Part shown: piece by piece, positions 41,600-56,649 of the stretch | How the letters are laid out: each line of letters opens with the position of its first letter | How positions within the stretch are numbered: the stretch's first letter is position 1 | Assembly (NCBI GenBank): GCA_951406725.2 | Contig: OX597839.1 | Location: 19,716,001 to 19,780,000, forward strand | DNA: 64,000 bases | Source of the DNA: Octopus vulgaris | Taxonomy: Eukaryota | Direction: 5' to 3' | Translations under genes and position numbers: made by a program | The notes under the pieces: model-generated | Database searches by the model: none | What the model was told of the DNA's origin: nothing | What the model saw: only the letters and a program-made list of their open reading frames with translations

Positions 41600-41990
41600 G
41601 GCGTCGAGTTGGCAGAAACGTTAGCACGCCGGGAGAAATGCTGAGCGGTATTCTGAGTTCAAATTCCGCAGAGGTTGACTTTGACTTTCATTCTTTCGGG
41701 CTCGATTAAATAAGTACCAGTTACGCACTGGGGTCGATGTAATCGACTTGATCCGTTTCTCTGTCCTTGTTTGTCCTCTGTATGTTTAGCCCCTTGTGGG
41801 TAGTAAAGAAATAGGTATTTCGTCTGCCGCTACGTTCTGAGTTCAAATTCTGACGAGGTCAACTTTGCCTTTCATCCTTTCGGAGTCGATAAATTAAGTA
41901 CCAGTTGCGTACTGGGGTCGATCTAATCGACTAGTCCCCTCACCAAAAAAAAAATAAATTCATGCCTTTGAGCCTCTAGTAGAAAGTATA
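41600..41990 (+). mobile_element. family M SINE dimer (tail A then tail B)
   Basis: junction AAAGAAATAG/GTATTTCG at about 41814. Confidence 0.85.
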
Positions 41991-42254
41991 GTTTGTCTAA
42001 GTTCAGTATGAAATACTAAAATTAAAATGCATTTTTTCTAAAATATCCTTAAATTATATGACGCCTAATTTGGTGTTCCCATACATATGAGCATACAGAC
42101 ATACTTGCATACATACCATATATACACGTATGTTCATATATACATGTCTGTATGTAGTGTATATATATATATATATAATTTATTCAATGAACACGATTGA
42201 CCTAAACACCTGCCCTTCCTCATACGCATAAACAGAAATATGCTCGCTCACATG

Positions 42255-42301
<47 letters not shown>

Positions 42302-43217
42302 GATGCAAGAGGATGAAGTGGGGAAAAGGGATGAGGGGAGACGAAGGATGATATAACAAATTAAACATCAAAAGGAGAGAAGCAATATTTATGTCTCGTG
42401 TCACAAAAGTCAACGTCGAAATAGCGACGCCAAATAAGCGGCGCCAAGGCGGCTGTACGTAAACGTTTTACGCCCAAGGCCAAATGTACGCTTCTAGATA
42501 GACGGACTGAGGGAATGAGTTAGACAGAGAGAGAAGAGACGGAGAGACAGGGAAAATAGATGGACAGTTTGGTAAGATAGACAACAGGTATATAGAAAGG
42601 ATGCGGAGGTAGGGTTGGCAGACAGTTAAATTGATATATAGAAATGCTGAATGACTTGAAGTTCCAAATGCCGAATGTAGGAATAGGACATAGGGAAGGG
42701 AAAGGAAGGGAATCTTACTGGATTCCTTGAGAAGGGCACAGAGGGGAGAGGAGGGTGGCACATAAAAATGCTGAACAGAAGGACGAGAGAAAAAATATAT
42801 TACGAAAGAAGGGAACGTATACACCTAAATATATGCACATAAATTTATATGCACACACATACATGCATACATACATACATGCAATACATGCACACACGCC
42901 CACATATATATGTATGTATATATATATACATTTACATGTATATACACTTCTTTACATACATATATACATCTTCACAACATATACGTATATATATATTTAT
43001 ATATATGTATCTATATACATATAATTCAAACACTCTATACATGTGTATATGTATGTGAGTGTGTGTAAATGCAAACGCTTATATATATATATAAGCATAA
43101 ATACATATAGTTTTATACTTACATAAATACTTACATATATAAACACACATACAGTACATTATATATATTACATGCTATATACATATATATATATATACAT
43201 TTATATGTATATCCATC

Positions 43218-43262
<45 letters not shown>

Positions 43263-43278
43263 ATGTATATCCATCCAC

Positions 43279-43309
<31 letters not shown>

Positions 43310-43704
43310 GGTATACTCACACATGTATACCTGTGTATGTGAGTGCGCGAGCGTGTATGTGCATGCCTGTCTCAAATATTATAATAACGGAAATAACATT
43401 TCTAGCGATAAGAATTATAAACTAGATTAATTATAACGATGGCCACTACAACAATACATATCGACTGGAATATCAACAGCAATATCACGAACAAAATGGT
43501 AATAATAACAAAGTGCCAATGGTGATGATGACGATGATGATGATGATGATGATAATGATGATGATAATAGGAATGACAATGGTGACGACGGTTATGGAGA
43601 GGATACTATTGATGATGATGTTGGTGGTGGTGGTGATGTAAGTGATGATCAAGATGCTGATGATGACGATGATACTGAATCCTGATCATGACAACACACT
43701 ACAT

Positions 43705-43732
43705 TATAATTAACAATAATAATAATAATAGC

Positions 43733-43767
<35 letters not shown>

Positions 43768-43823
43768 TAATAATAATAATAATGATAATAATAATAATAA
43801 TAATAATGATAATAATAATAATG

Positions 43824-43899
<76 letters not shown>

Positions 43900-43930
43900 T
43901 AATAATAATAATAATGATAATAATAACATC
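43705..43930. repeat. (AAT)n array
   Basis: direct reading. Confidence 0.95.
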
Positions 43931-44773
43931 TGCAGCAACAAAACTGCAAACAACAACAATAACTACTACAACAACGTCACCACCAGCAGCAGTGGCATGC
44001 ACAACAATAATGTTAATGAATTGAAACCGAAAGTGAAACTAGATGAATAACGGCGGGAAGAATGAAGAAAATAACAAAATATAAATAACAGCGGATGTAG
44101 CCGCCCTCATTGTATACAACGGGCTGCAATTTCTTGACAAAAGGTGGATGAGTGCAAGTTACCTAAAGTAATGTTACGGGTGCAGACATTCGTCATCAGC
44201 CTTGCAATTCATTTGCATTTGCGCTCTTTTTTTCCCCCCTTATTTTCGTATTGTTATTCTTAGATTTTCCTTGAATAAAAGTTAAGAGGGTCTTGTCAGC
44301 TTCCATTAACCCCCGTATTCATATCGTTTTTGGCACTCTTTGTTCCACTGACTCGCTTAGAAATCCCCCATAACATATATATATATGTTAATGTATATAT
44401 ACGTTTGTATATATCTTTATATGCTGTATGTATATGTGTGTTAAATATATATTTTATGATAGCGTACGCATTGCAACCTTCTGTCTTGCTGGTTCCCGAC
44501 ACGTATGCACAGTTTACCTTTAACATTCGTCTTTACCGGAGGGCCCCATTTGCAAATTGTTCTGCCTATTTTGTTGTTGCATGCTAACCCTTTCTTTGTT
44601 TTGTTGTTGGCGTATTCGCTTGACTCTCTTTCTCTCTCTCTCTCTCTCCCTCCTCTCCCTCCCTCACTCTTTCTCTCTTTCTTTTGTTATTGCTCTTGTT
44701 GGTTAAGTGGTTGTTGCTGTTGCTGAAGTTGCGATTACTTCTAAACACTCCTCCGCCCTTCCACCACCATCAC

Positions 44774-44827
<54 letters not shown>

Positions 44828-44924
44828 ACAACAACAACAGCAACAACAACAACAATTATAATAATAATAAAAATAACAATAATAACTACAATAACAGCGA
44901 TAGTAATATTAATGATGATGGAAA

Positions 44925-46279
<1,355 letters not shown>

Positions 46280-46325
46280 TGTATATATACATATAGATGT
46301 AGCTATGTACATATATATATATGTA

Positions 46326-46496
46326 TAGGCGCAGGAGTGGCTGTGTGGTAAGTAGCTTGCTAACCAACCACATGGTTGCGGGTTCAGTCCCACTGCGTGG
46401 CATCTTGGGCAAGTGTCTTCTGCTATAGCCCCGGGCCGACGAATGCCTTGTGAGTGGATTTGGTAGACGGAAACTGAAAGAAGCCTGTCGTATATA

Positions 46497-46542
<46 letters not shown>

Positions 46543-47030
46543 TGTGTGTTTGTGTTTGTCCCCCTAGCATTGCTTGACACCGATGCTGGTATGTTTACGT
46601 CCCCGTCACTTAGCGGTTCGGCAAAAGAGACCGATAGAATAAGTACTGGGCTTACAAAGAATAAGTCCCGGGGTCGATTTGCTCGACTAAAGGCGGTGCT
46701 CCAGCATGGCCACAGTCAAATGACTGAAACAAGTAAAAGAGCAAAAGAGTAAAAGAGTATGTATGCATATGTTTTATTTGTTAAATTGTTATTATATATA
46801 TATATATATATATCAATATATATATACATATATATAGGCGCAGGAGTGGCTGTGTGGTAAGTAACTTGCTTACCAACCACATGGTCCCGGATTCAGTCCC
46901 ACTGGGTGGCACTTTGGGCAAGTGTCTTCTACTATAGCCTCGGGTCGAACAAAGCCTTGTGAGTGGATCTGGTAGACGGAAACTGAAAGAAGCCCATCGT
47001 ATATATATGTGTGTGTGTGTGTGTGTGTAT
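46326..47030 (+). mobile_element. family K SINEs (full 46326-46760; 5' half 46836-47030)
   Basis: A-box TGGCTGTGTGG, B-box-like GGTTCAGTCC, CORE-like CTTGGGCAAGTG, internal microsatellite. Confidence 0.9.
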
Positions 47031-47479
47031 TGTGCTAACGTTTCTGCCAACTCGCCGCGTATAAGTAATTATAAATCACATACAAATGTTTCCATTATTG
47101 GCCATAATAAAATTACAAAAATCCATTGTTGGGGGGGAGGGAGCCACGCAGTGGGACTGAACCCGCAACCATGTGGTTGGTTAGCAAGCTACTTACCACA
47201 CAGCCACTCCTGCGCCTATACATATATATATGTGTAATTCGTGTAATTTCTTATCGATATTCGGATTCCCATTTCCAATAAGACTTATTGGGTTTGTGTA
47301 TCCTAATATACAAAATTACGATGAAGAGATTCTTGGTCAAAAACAATGAATTTTTATGATTTTATTATGGCGAAGAATTGAAATATTTCTTTGCGATTTA
47401 TAGTTAATATCTATTACTTATTATACAAAAAAAGTATAGTTGTTATAAGGAAAAAAAATCAGATATTGAACCAAGCGGG

Positions 47480-48189
47480 CCGGAGGTGAGGTTTGAAACT
47501 TTGCCTCCGGTCATAAACTGCAAAGAAGTAGAAAAAATAAAGACCAAAGACAGTAAAGGGGATGTCAAAAAGATTTTGATTAAAGAAATTGATTAAATGT
47601 AACTACCGAGTACGGGGTTCGGGTAGACATTTAATCCTCATATATCACGCTTTTTATTCATCCTGTCTATGTTTCATTAAATTTCGGTACTTAAACAATT
47701 CCGCTATCATTACCTCTAGTTCTAACATATTCTCGCCTACGGCGACCGAAAAGCGAGGTTTCTCCACAAACAATTGCTTTGCATTGTCGGCTTCTTTGCC
47801 TGGTACCTTATTCATCTCTGGAAAATCCTCCCTAGACATGACGTTGAATTCTATTACAAAATGAATTCCTTCAAAATGGAATTGAAAAAATATCCTTTTT
47901 TTTTTTTTTACAAAAAATGACAAAAATAATATTTTTAATCTTGCAAAGAGTAAAAAAAAATCAAAGAGGTCAAATCCCAAGTTCAAATAGCAGTTGTTTC
48001 CGACAATATGAAAACTTCCAGAAAACTTCTTCCCCGCAGTGCGAAAATATCAGTTCTCAAATTAACAACAGTTCGAATTTCAACAAGTACAACAAACTGT
48101 GCAATAACAATGAAAAATAAATTAATAACAAATTAAACTCACCAAAAAGCAGCGGCCAAAAGAAGATGCAGCTCAGTGAGGCAACTCTG
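47480..48189 (-). mobile_element. 5' UTR and decayed ORF1 start of a second L1/Tx1-like element
   Basis: MSREDFPEM..RFSVAVGENMLELEVMIAELFKYRNLMK loosely resembles the ORF1 N-terminus at 7374. Confidence 0.4.
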
Positions 48190-48665
48190 TATTTCTTTGT
48201 TCGCCTATAAAGGGCAAAAATGGAGAGGTTAGAACAGAGGGGACGAAACAAGGACAGTCTTACACGGGCTGATAATTTGTATATCGGGATTGAAAATCGA
48301 AATTTACAATGAAAATGGAAAATGCGAAAAAAAATATAATTATATAAAGATATTGTCCGTGGGTTCTTTTTGACCCGCCGGCTTTTTATTCATTGGTTAA
48401 TTCTCTGTTTTTGTATTTTTGAAATTTTTTTCCGTTTTTTCCCTATTTTTCGTCTTGACCGGCTACACTAGCACGGCCCCATTCATGCTCAACTTCCTTA
48501 CCACAGTTGTCAATCTTCTTCCGTACACACCCTGAGGCCGGTACCTTTTCTCCAGACAGATCTTTCTCAGCAGGTGGAAGTTAAAATAACTTACCAACCC
48601 GTGTCTGGAGATAAAGTGGCCTGTCTCAATCCCTTTCGCACGGGTCAACAGGTGTTCGACACAGG
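48190..48665 (-). mobile_element. 5'-truncated L1/Tx1-like LINE: ORF2 C-terminus plus 3' UTR
   Basis: TRAKGIET..LVSYFNFHLLRKICLEK..VVRKLSMNGAVLV*; the 3' end matches family M tail A. Confidence 0.65.
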
Positions 48666-48683
48666 TTATCGACTCCCTCAGCT

Positions 48684-48721
<38 letters not shown>

Positions 48722-48816
48722 TCTGTTTTCTCTCTCTATTTCTATCTCTGACTCTCTTTCAGTTCTACTGTTTCTGCTGTTGTGTTTTCACTTTGTGTTT
48801 TCATGTTTGGATTAAC

Positions 48817-48879
<63 letters not shown>

Positions 48880-48883
<4 letters not shown>

Positions 48884-49060
48884 GGGATAATTCACAAAAA
48901 AAAAAAAAAAGACGAAGAAAGGTGGTGTAGAAAACAAACAGATGTATTAGTATAAAGCTCGGCAAGTGAAAAAGTCTTTAACGTTTCGAGCCTACGCTCT
49001 TCCACGGAAAGGAACAAGGAGAGAAAATAGAGAATGTGTAGTGGCTAGCGATCTATGGAT
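48880..49060 (-). mobile_element. Penelope-like mini-element with a mutated hammerhead
   Basis: minus CTTT CCGTGGA A GAGC-GTAG-GCTC GAAA CGTT AAAG. Confidence 0.55.
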
Positions 49061-49309
49061 GGATTTGTGCCAGAGTTTGTCACTCAACATCGCTTGACAA
49101 TGGGTACCAAGCTGTTTATGTACACGTAGCATAAAGATTAGGCAAAAGGAAGCATTGAAGATAAGTGGATGACTGGGGAAAAATCATAAATACTGGGACC
49201 AGTTTGTTATATTAAAACCCTTGAAGACGGAGCTCCCTAGCATAGCTCAAAGTCCAATGGTTGAAACAACGACAAGAAACGACAAAAGATAGCAGATAAA
49301 TAAATGCTG

Positions 49310-49705
49310 AGTGGTAAGTAGATTGCTTACCAACCACATGGTTCCGGGTTCAGACCCACTGCGTGGCAGCTTGGGCGAATGTCTTCTACTATAGCCTCGG
49401 GCCGACCAAAGCCTTGTGAGTGGATTTGGTAGAGGGAAACTGAAAGAAGCTCGTCGTATACATGTTTATATATGTATGTGTGTGTATATGTTTGTGTGTC
49501 TGTGTTTGTTCCCCCAACATCTCTTGACAACCGATGCTGGTGTGTCTACGCCCCCGTAACTTAGCGGCTCGGCAAAAAAAACCGATAGAATAAGTACTAG
49601 GCTTACAAATAATAAGTCCTGGTGGGGGAGCGACTTTCTCAACTAAAGGCGGGGTGCTCCAGCATGGCCGCAGTCAAATGACTTCAACAAGTAAAATAAA
49701 GAAAT
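49310..49705 (+). mobile_element. family K SINE
   Basis: colinear with 46326-46760. Confidence 0.85.
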
Positions 49706-50044
49706 AGCTAAAGAAATCAAATCTGAAGCTACGGTGATTTAATGGCGGACTCCTCGGCTCAATGACGAACGATAACCAGCTATAATGATCCACTCGATAA
49801 TGGCAAAAACTGTCAGGTATTATTCAGACTCTTACCGTTTTCTGTGTCATTACAATATGTTTAACGTATCTTGCCATCGTGCTAGATCATATTATTGATA
49901 ATCGATGCTTCGATATCCTTATGATTCTTTCACTGATTTATTTCTCTCTTCTTGAGAGGAGCAGCTTGGTGTTGTTCAAATCGAACGATGCAACGCTATC
50001 TTCTTTTTTTTCCATTGCTATCGTTGTTATTTAATTGTTGTTCA

Positions 50045-50400
<356 letters not shown>

Positions 50401-50581
50401 TATAAATATCTATATCAATATGAACTTCATCATCATCATCGCCATCATCATCGTTCTTCTCCTCCTTCTTCCCCCCCTGCACTTTTCTTCCTCCTCCTCC
50501 TCCTCTTTCTGTTCTTGCCGTTGTTGTCACCGTCGTTGTTGAAATAATAATAATAATTATCATTATTATTATTATTATTAT

Positions 50582-50615
<34 letters not shown>

Positions 50616-50841
50616 GGTGGTGGTTATGGTGGTGGTGGTTGTAGTAGTAGTAGTAGTAGTTCTTTTAATGTTGTTATTTTTAATGCTATCATTATTGTGA
50701 ATGTCATAAATAGTACTATTTTTGCTTTTGGCATTAGTATTATTGTTATTGTTGTTGTTGTTGTTATAGCTATTGGTATCATCGTATCATCATGTTTGTT
50801 ATTGTTATCATTGATATTATATATATTGTTATTATTATTTA

Positions 50842-51025
50842 AGGCGGCGAACTGACAGAATCGTAAGCACACCGGGCGAAATGCTTAGCGGTGTTTGGTC
50901 TGCCGCTACGTACTGAGTTCAAATTTCGCCATGGTCGACTTCGCCTTTCATCCTTTCGCAGTCAGTAAAAAACAGTGTGGTCGATGTAAACTTCACGGCC
51001 TTGTGCCTTCATTAGAAAGGATTAT
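50842..51025 (+). mobile_element. family M SINE monomer with tail B
   Basis: head GGCGGCGAACTGACAG; tail GGCCTTGTGCC..TAGAAAGGATTATT. Confidence 0.75.
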
Positions 51026-51044
51026 TATTATCATAATCATCATG

Positions 51045-51462
51045 ATTCCTTCGTAACACAATGTAGGTAAAAATACATCGGAGTCTTTAGTCATCTGTCA
51101 AGTCACAAGGATCTCAGACAGGTAATATTTTCCTTAAGATGTGCGCTGTGTCCAATGAAGTTGCTCTTTGCAAGACATCAATCTTGCATAGGATTTCCAC
51201 TTGCCTTAAGAAGTCTTGAAGTTTCAATGGAATTGAGCCCAACGCTCCGATCACCACTGGTATCACTTTTACATTACCCTCTCGCATTCCATACAGTCTT
51301 GCCATTTCCACTTTCAATTCGGAGTACTTGGTGATGTTTTTCAACCTCTTTACTCACAACATTCATCTCATTTGGTATGGCTATATCAATCATCTGACAG
51401 TATGTCTCTCTTGTTGAATATGACAATATCCAGCCGACGGTATTCCATAACACGATCCGTTT
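51045..51462 (-). mobile_element. R4/Dong-like RLE remnant
   Basis: IDIAIP..KEVEK / KYSELKVEMARLY..VIPVVIGALGSIP..LQRATSLDTAHILRKIL. Confidence 0.8.
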
Positions 51463-51492
51463 ATCATTATTATTATTATCATGATCATCATC

Positions 51493-52811
51493 AGTGAGTG
51501 AGAGAGCAGCGCATGCCATCAAAGTGATACTGGGGTAAAATATACGAAGCCCAGTATGCTCATCATGAATAACCGTCTGATAAAGGTACACCAGGAACAT
51601 TCAGCATAACCATATGTACGCGACATGGTGATCTCATATAAAGATAAACAGCTCATGACCTTGCAGGTGGGGCCCCGTTGGAATTTTTTTCATTTTGAGT
51701 AGCCCATCTCGCTCAAAAGGTCCCTGAATAAGGGTTGTTCAAGGATGTTGCACGAAATACCGATGTTTTATTCAGGGACCTTTTGAGCGGGATGGGCTAC
51801 TCAAAATGAAGAAAATTCCAACGGAGCTCTACCGGCAAGGTCATGTAGGGCCCCGTTGGAATTTTCTTCATTTTGAGTAGCCCATCTCGCTCAAAAGGTC
51901 CCTGAATAAGGGTTGTTTAAGGATGTTGAGCGAAATACCCATGTTTCCAGAGGTGAATTATTCAAACCCCAAAGAATTCCTCTCAACACATGGCTATGAT
52001 GATACCCCCACTACTTCTGCTCGTGATCGGATATGCACATATTGTCAGCCACTAAGGGACATGCTCAACTGGTTACGGTCAAGCAAATGACAAGCAAATC
52101 TGTAGTATTGAGCCAAAAATTTGCTGTTAGCCTATCTTTTATACCAAGACAAAACAATCTCAAAAAAATGTACAAACATTTCCAATCAGTTATGATCAAA
52201 AGCCATGATAGCCATTGCCTGGTACTGCATCAGGGCATTATTATTATTATTATTATTGAGTGAGAGAGCAGTGCATGCCATCAAAGTGACACTGGGGTAA
52301 AATATACGAAGCCCAATATACCCATCATGACTACCCGTCTGATAAGGGTACACCAGGCACATGCATCACAACCATATGTGCGCGACATGGTGATCTCATA
52401 TCAATATAAACAGCACATGACCTTGCAGGTGGGGCCCAGTTAGAATTTCCTTCAGGTTGAGTAGCCCATCCCGCTCAAAAGGTCCCTGAATAAGGGTTGT
52501 TTAAGGATGTTGAAAGAACCACCCATGTTTCCAGAGGTGAATTATTCAAACCCCAAAGAATCCCTCTCAACACATGGCTATGATGCTCCCCCACTACTTC
52601 TGCTCGTGATCAGAGATGCACATATCGTCAGCCACTAAGGGACATGCTCAACTAGTTAAGGTCAAACAACTGACAAGCAAATCTGTGGTATTGAGCAGAA
52701 TATTTGCTGTAGCCCATCTTTTATACCAAGACAAAACAATGTACATGATAACACTTCCAATCAGTTAAGATCAGAAGCCATGAGAGCCACTGCCTGGTAC
52801 TACATCAGGGC

Positions 52812-52815
<4 letters not shown>
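51493..52815. mobile_element. two tandem copies of an about 560-bp non-coding element in TAA repeats (51493-52238, 52258-52815)
   Basis: both begin GTGAGAGAGCAG..GCCATCAAAGTGA and end GCCTGGTACT.CATCAGGGCATT. Confidence 0.85.
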
Positions 52816-52870
<55 letters not shown>

Positions 52871-52874
52871 ATTA

Positions 52875-52905
<31 letters not shown>

Positions 52906-53361
52906 ATTATTATTATTATTATTATTATCAGTAGTAGTAGTAGTAACATCAGCGTCACCATAATTATTATTATATATCATCATCATCCTTATTATTAACA
53001 TCATTGCCATTATCATTATTTTATTATTATCATTATTATTATTATTATTATTAATGATATTATTCCCAATTGTGCTTGAAGACAAAGATTTCTATGAGAT
53101 TGACAGAATAATATAAAAGGTCCGTTGTTCTAGCGTTCGGGGACCACTTCTGATTTGGGAATCGACAATATCATCGATTTTAACCAAGCTATTTTGCGGA
53201 CTTCAATAATTTTATCCAATCCGATTACCAGATAATCTTGTTCAGATCTGGTTGCTTCTTGTTCCTCTTTATCCCAGTCCTTGATAAAGTGGAAATTCGC
53301 TTGTACTCGGTCGTACAAAATATGCCTCGTTATGGTGATCATAATAACCAGCAGCAGCAGC

Positions 53362-53700
53362 AGTGGAGGCACAATGGCCCAATGGTAGTGCAGCGGACTC
53401 GCGGTCGGAGGATCGCGGTTTCGATTCCCAGACCGGGCGTTGTGTGTGTTTATTGAGCGAAAACACCTAAAGCTCCACGATGCTCCAGTCGACCCCTGTT
53501 GTACTCTTTCTCTCACTCTTTCTTCCTGTATTTTGTCCCCAACTTCCTACGCAACCGTTGAGCCTGGATGCGCATTCATCCATCCGTCGATGCTCTCGGT
53601 GTCGGGGTTGACCTGCTTTCTCTTCTGCGGGTCTTACGAATAGCAAAGGACCACGAATCGGATTTCTCCCATCTTGCGAGCTCTGAGACGAAGACCGTTC
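53362..53700 (+). mobile_element. family R SINE
   Basis: 5' about 130 bp shared with 22855; the 3' part diverges. Confidence 0.75.
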
Positions 53701-54051
53701 GCTCAACAGCAACAGTAACAGCAGCAGCGGCAACATCATGGTGACCACCATTCATCAAATTGTTATTCACAGTTTCATAGACTTCATTCGTTCTTTAGTC
53801 CAGGACGGTGGTCGAACTCAATATCCAGTGAACCACAGCGAAGTCGTACATCCGAAATTGGACGATACGTACATAGTGTGTGCGTGCGTGTGTGTGTAAG
53901 TGTGAGTGTGTGTAAGTGTAAGTGTGAGTGTGTGTGTGCGTTTAAATTTAATTAGAGGTTGTGTTAACCTCATGAAAAAACGGCTTCATCCAAGGAAATA
54001 TTGGTTCAATACGTAGAATTTGGGGGAAAGAATTTCTTAAAAATAATAGGT

Positions 54052-54353
54052 ACTAGCAGTATTGCCCGGCGTTGCTCGGGTTTGTAAGGGAAATAACTAT
54101 ATAAGCATTTTTAGAGAGTTACTTCCCTTATATAATAGCCAAAAAATGCATTAAAAATGGGAAAAAAATTATGGTAATTTGTTTTTTAAATCGTAGACTC
54201 ATCGTAGACGCGCGCTAATACCCAGAAGGGCTCGATATGAATCACGACTATAAGATACCCGGTTTTGGTTAAACTGCACCGCAAAATGTGGGAGTAGTTA
54301 TGAATCTAAATCGTAGGAGACAAACACACAACTTCACTTTTATATATAAAGAT
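54052..54353 (+). mobile_element. non-autonomous Helitron/Helentron-like element
   Basis: same ends as 31848-32470. Confidence 0.7.
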
Positions 54354-54484
54354 GTAGAAAAAAATATAGTTTATATTCATGTAAATGAAGAAGACATGGA
54401 TTAAGACGTTAACAATTGTCTGCTAAAACGAATTCACAAACCCATCTCTTTTCCCCTCTGATGATTTTATGCTCATGTCGCATA

Positions 54485-54972
54485 AATTCCGCCGAGGTCG
54501 ACTTTGCTTTTCATCCTTTAGGAGTCGATAAATTAAGTACCAGTTGCGTACTGGAGTCGATCTAATCGACTGGCCCCCTCCTCAAAGATTTTGGGCCTTG
54601 TGCCTAGAGTAGAAGAGATTATTACATATTTATTCTTTTACTCTCTTCCGTGTTTTAGTCATTTGACTGAGGCCATGCTGGTGCACCGCTTTGAGGGGTT
54701 TTAGTCGAACAAATCGAGCCAGGAGTTATTTCTTAAGCCTAGTAATTATTCTATCGAACGCGTTTGCCGAACTGCTACATTTGGGGGATGTAAACACATC
54801 AACACCGATTGTCAAATGATGACGGGGGACAAACAGGCACAATGTTACACACACATAGATACACACACACACGTACCCCCATACACTCAGAGGCATATAT
54901 ATTATATATCGTGAAATTTGATTTAGTATTACTAAATTGAATTTTTCTCTGTAAGTTTGTAATCATATTCCC

Positions 54973-55011
<39 letters not shown>

Positions 55012-55113
55012 GACGGGCTCACTTGCGCGAGGTGCCATGCAGTGGGACTGAACCCGGAACCCTGTGGTTGGGAAGCAAGTTTCTTTCTTACCACACAGCC
55101 ACGCCTGCGCCTA
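54485..55113. mobile_element. partial family M (+, 54485-54620) and family K (-, 54630-55113) SINEs
   Basis: similarity to other copies. Confidence 0.75.
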
Positions 55114-55931
55114 TAGATATATTTCATATAGACAACCGTTGTCGAGTATCGATGAACTTCCTACGATGTCTATTTGCCATCACCATCACCGTCGCTATCA
55201 CAATCATCATCATCATCACCACCATTACCATTGTCATGACGATAAATATCACCTTCAGCATCCCAACACTGATCGCCACCAGCACCATCCCGAACACCAA
55301 GACGAGCATCATCATCATCATCATCAATATTACTGGGTTTTACTGCTTGATTCCACACGATATCCATTTCATTACAGTTCAACTTCACGTGACAAATGTT
55401 CGGAAATCTTACAGCTTAAACGTATAAAGGATTGATTTTTAAATTTAGTTTTCGTTCCCGTGTTTATCGAAAATATAGAAATCTCACGGGGTTTAATGCC
55501 AGATAAGGATGGTAAACGGGTAGAAGCATCGACAAACTGATGCAATATCGGAATAAGTTTATAATCTGCTCAATCAACTGCAGCTTAATCTATTCATCAC
55601 AATGGCGGAAATAGAACAAGATGGCGGAATCTTGTAGAATAGCGGAACCAATGGGAGAACGACAGCATCAGAAGAAAATTGGAAGCACTAGGGAAAATGG
55701 CGAAGAGATAAGAGATGGACGACTAAAATTTACACATTTATACGTAGCAAACATCAGCAAACATATATGCAACGTAAAGCTGAATACGAACAAACGAACG
55801 CACACGCATACACACGGATATATAACACATACAAGAATATATATATATATATCTATGTGTGTGTGTGTATAGGTACATATGTAGGTAGATAAATATATTT
55901 ACTTGTATATCTTTATATATATATATATATG

Positions 55932-56017
<86 letters not shown>

Positions 56018-56114
56018 TTTATATATATGTATGTATATATGTATGTATATATGTATGTATTTATATATATGTATGTATATATGTATGTATTTATATATAT
56101 GTATATATATATGC

Positions 56115-56145
<31 letters not shown>

Positions 56146-56199
56146 GTATATATATATGTATATATATATAAGTATATATATATATGTATATATATGCAA

Positions 56200-56260
<61 letters not shown>

Positions 56261-56384
56261 CATGTGTGTATGTGTGTAGCTGCAAAAATATATTTACTTG
56301 TGCGTATACACACATACGCTCACACACACACGCACATAAATATATACGGAGCTATATAGATGTATGCATATATCCACATATGTA

Positions 56385-56578
56385 CCTTTTATTTTAGTCA
56401 TTTGACAGGGGCCATGCTGGAGCACCGCCTTTAGTCGAACAAATCGACCCCAGGACTTATTCTTTGTAAGCCTAGTACTTACTCGATCGGTACGAGACCG
56501 AACCACTAAGTTACAGGGATATAATCACACCAACATCGTTTGTCAAGCGATGGTGGGGAGACAAATACAGGCACAAAG

Positions 56579-56649
<71 letters not shown>

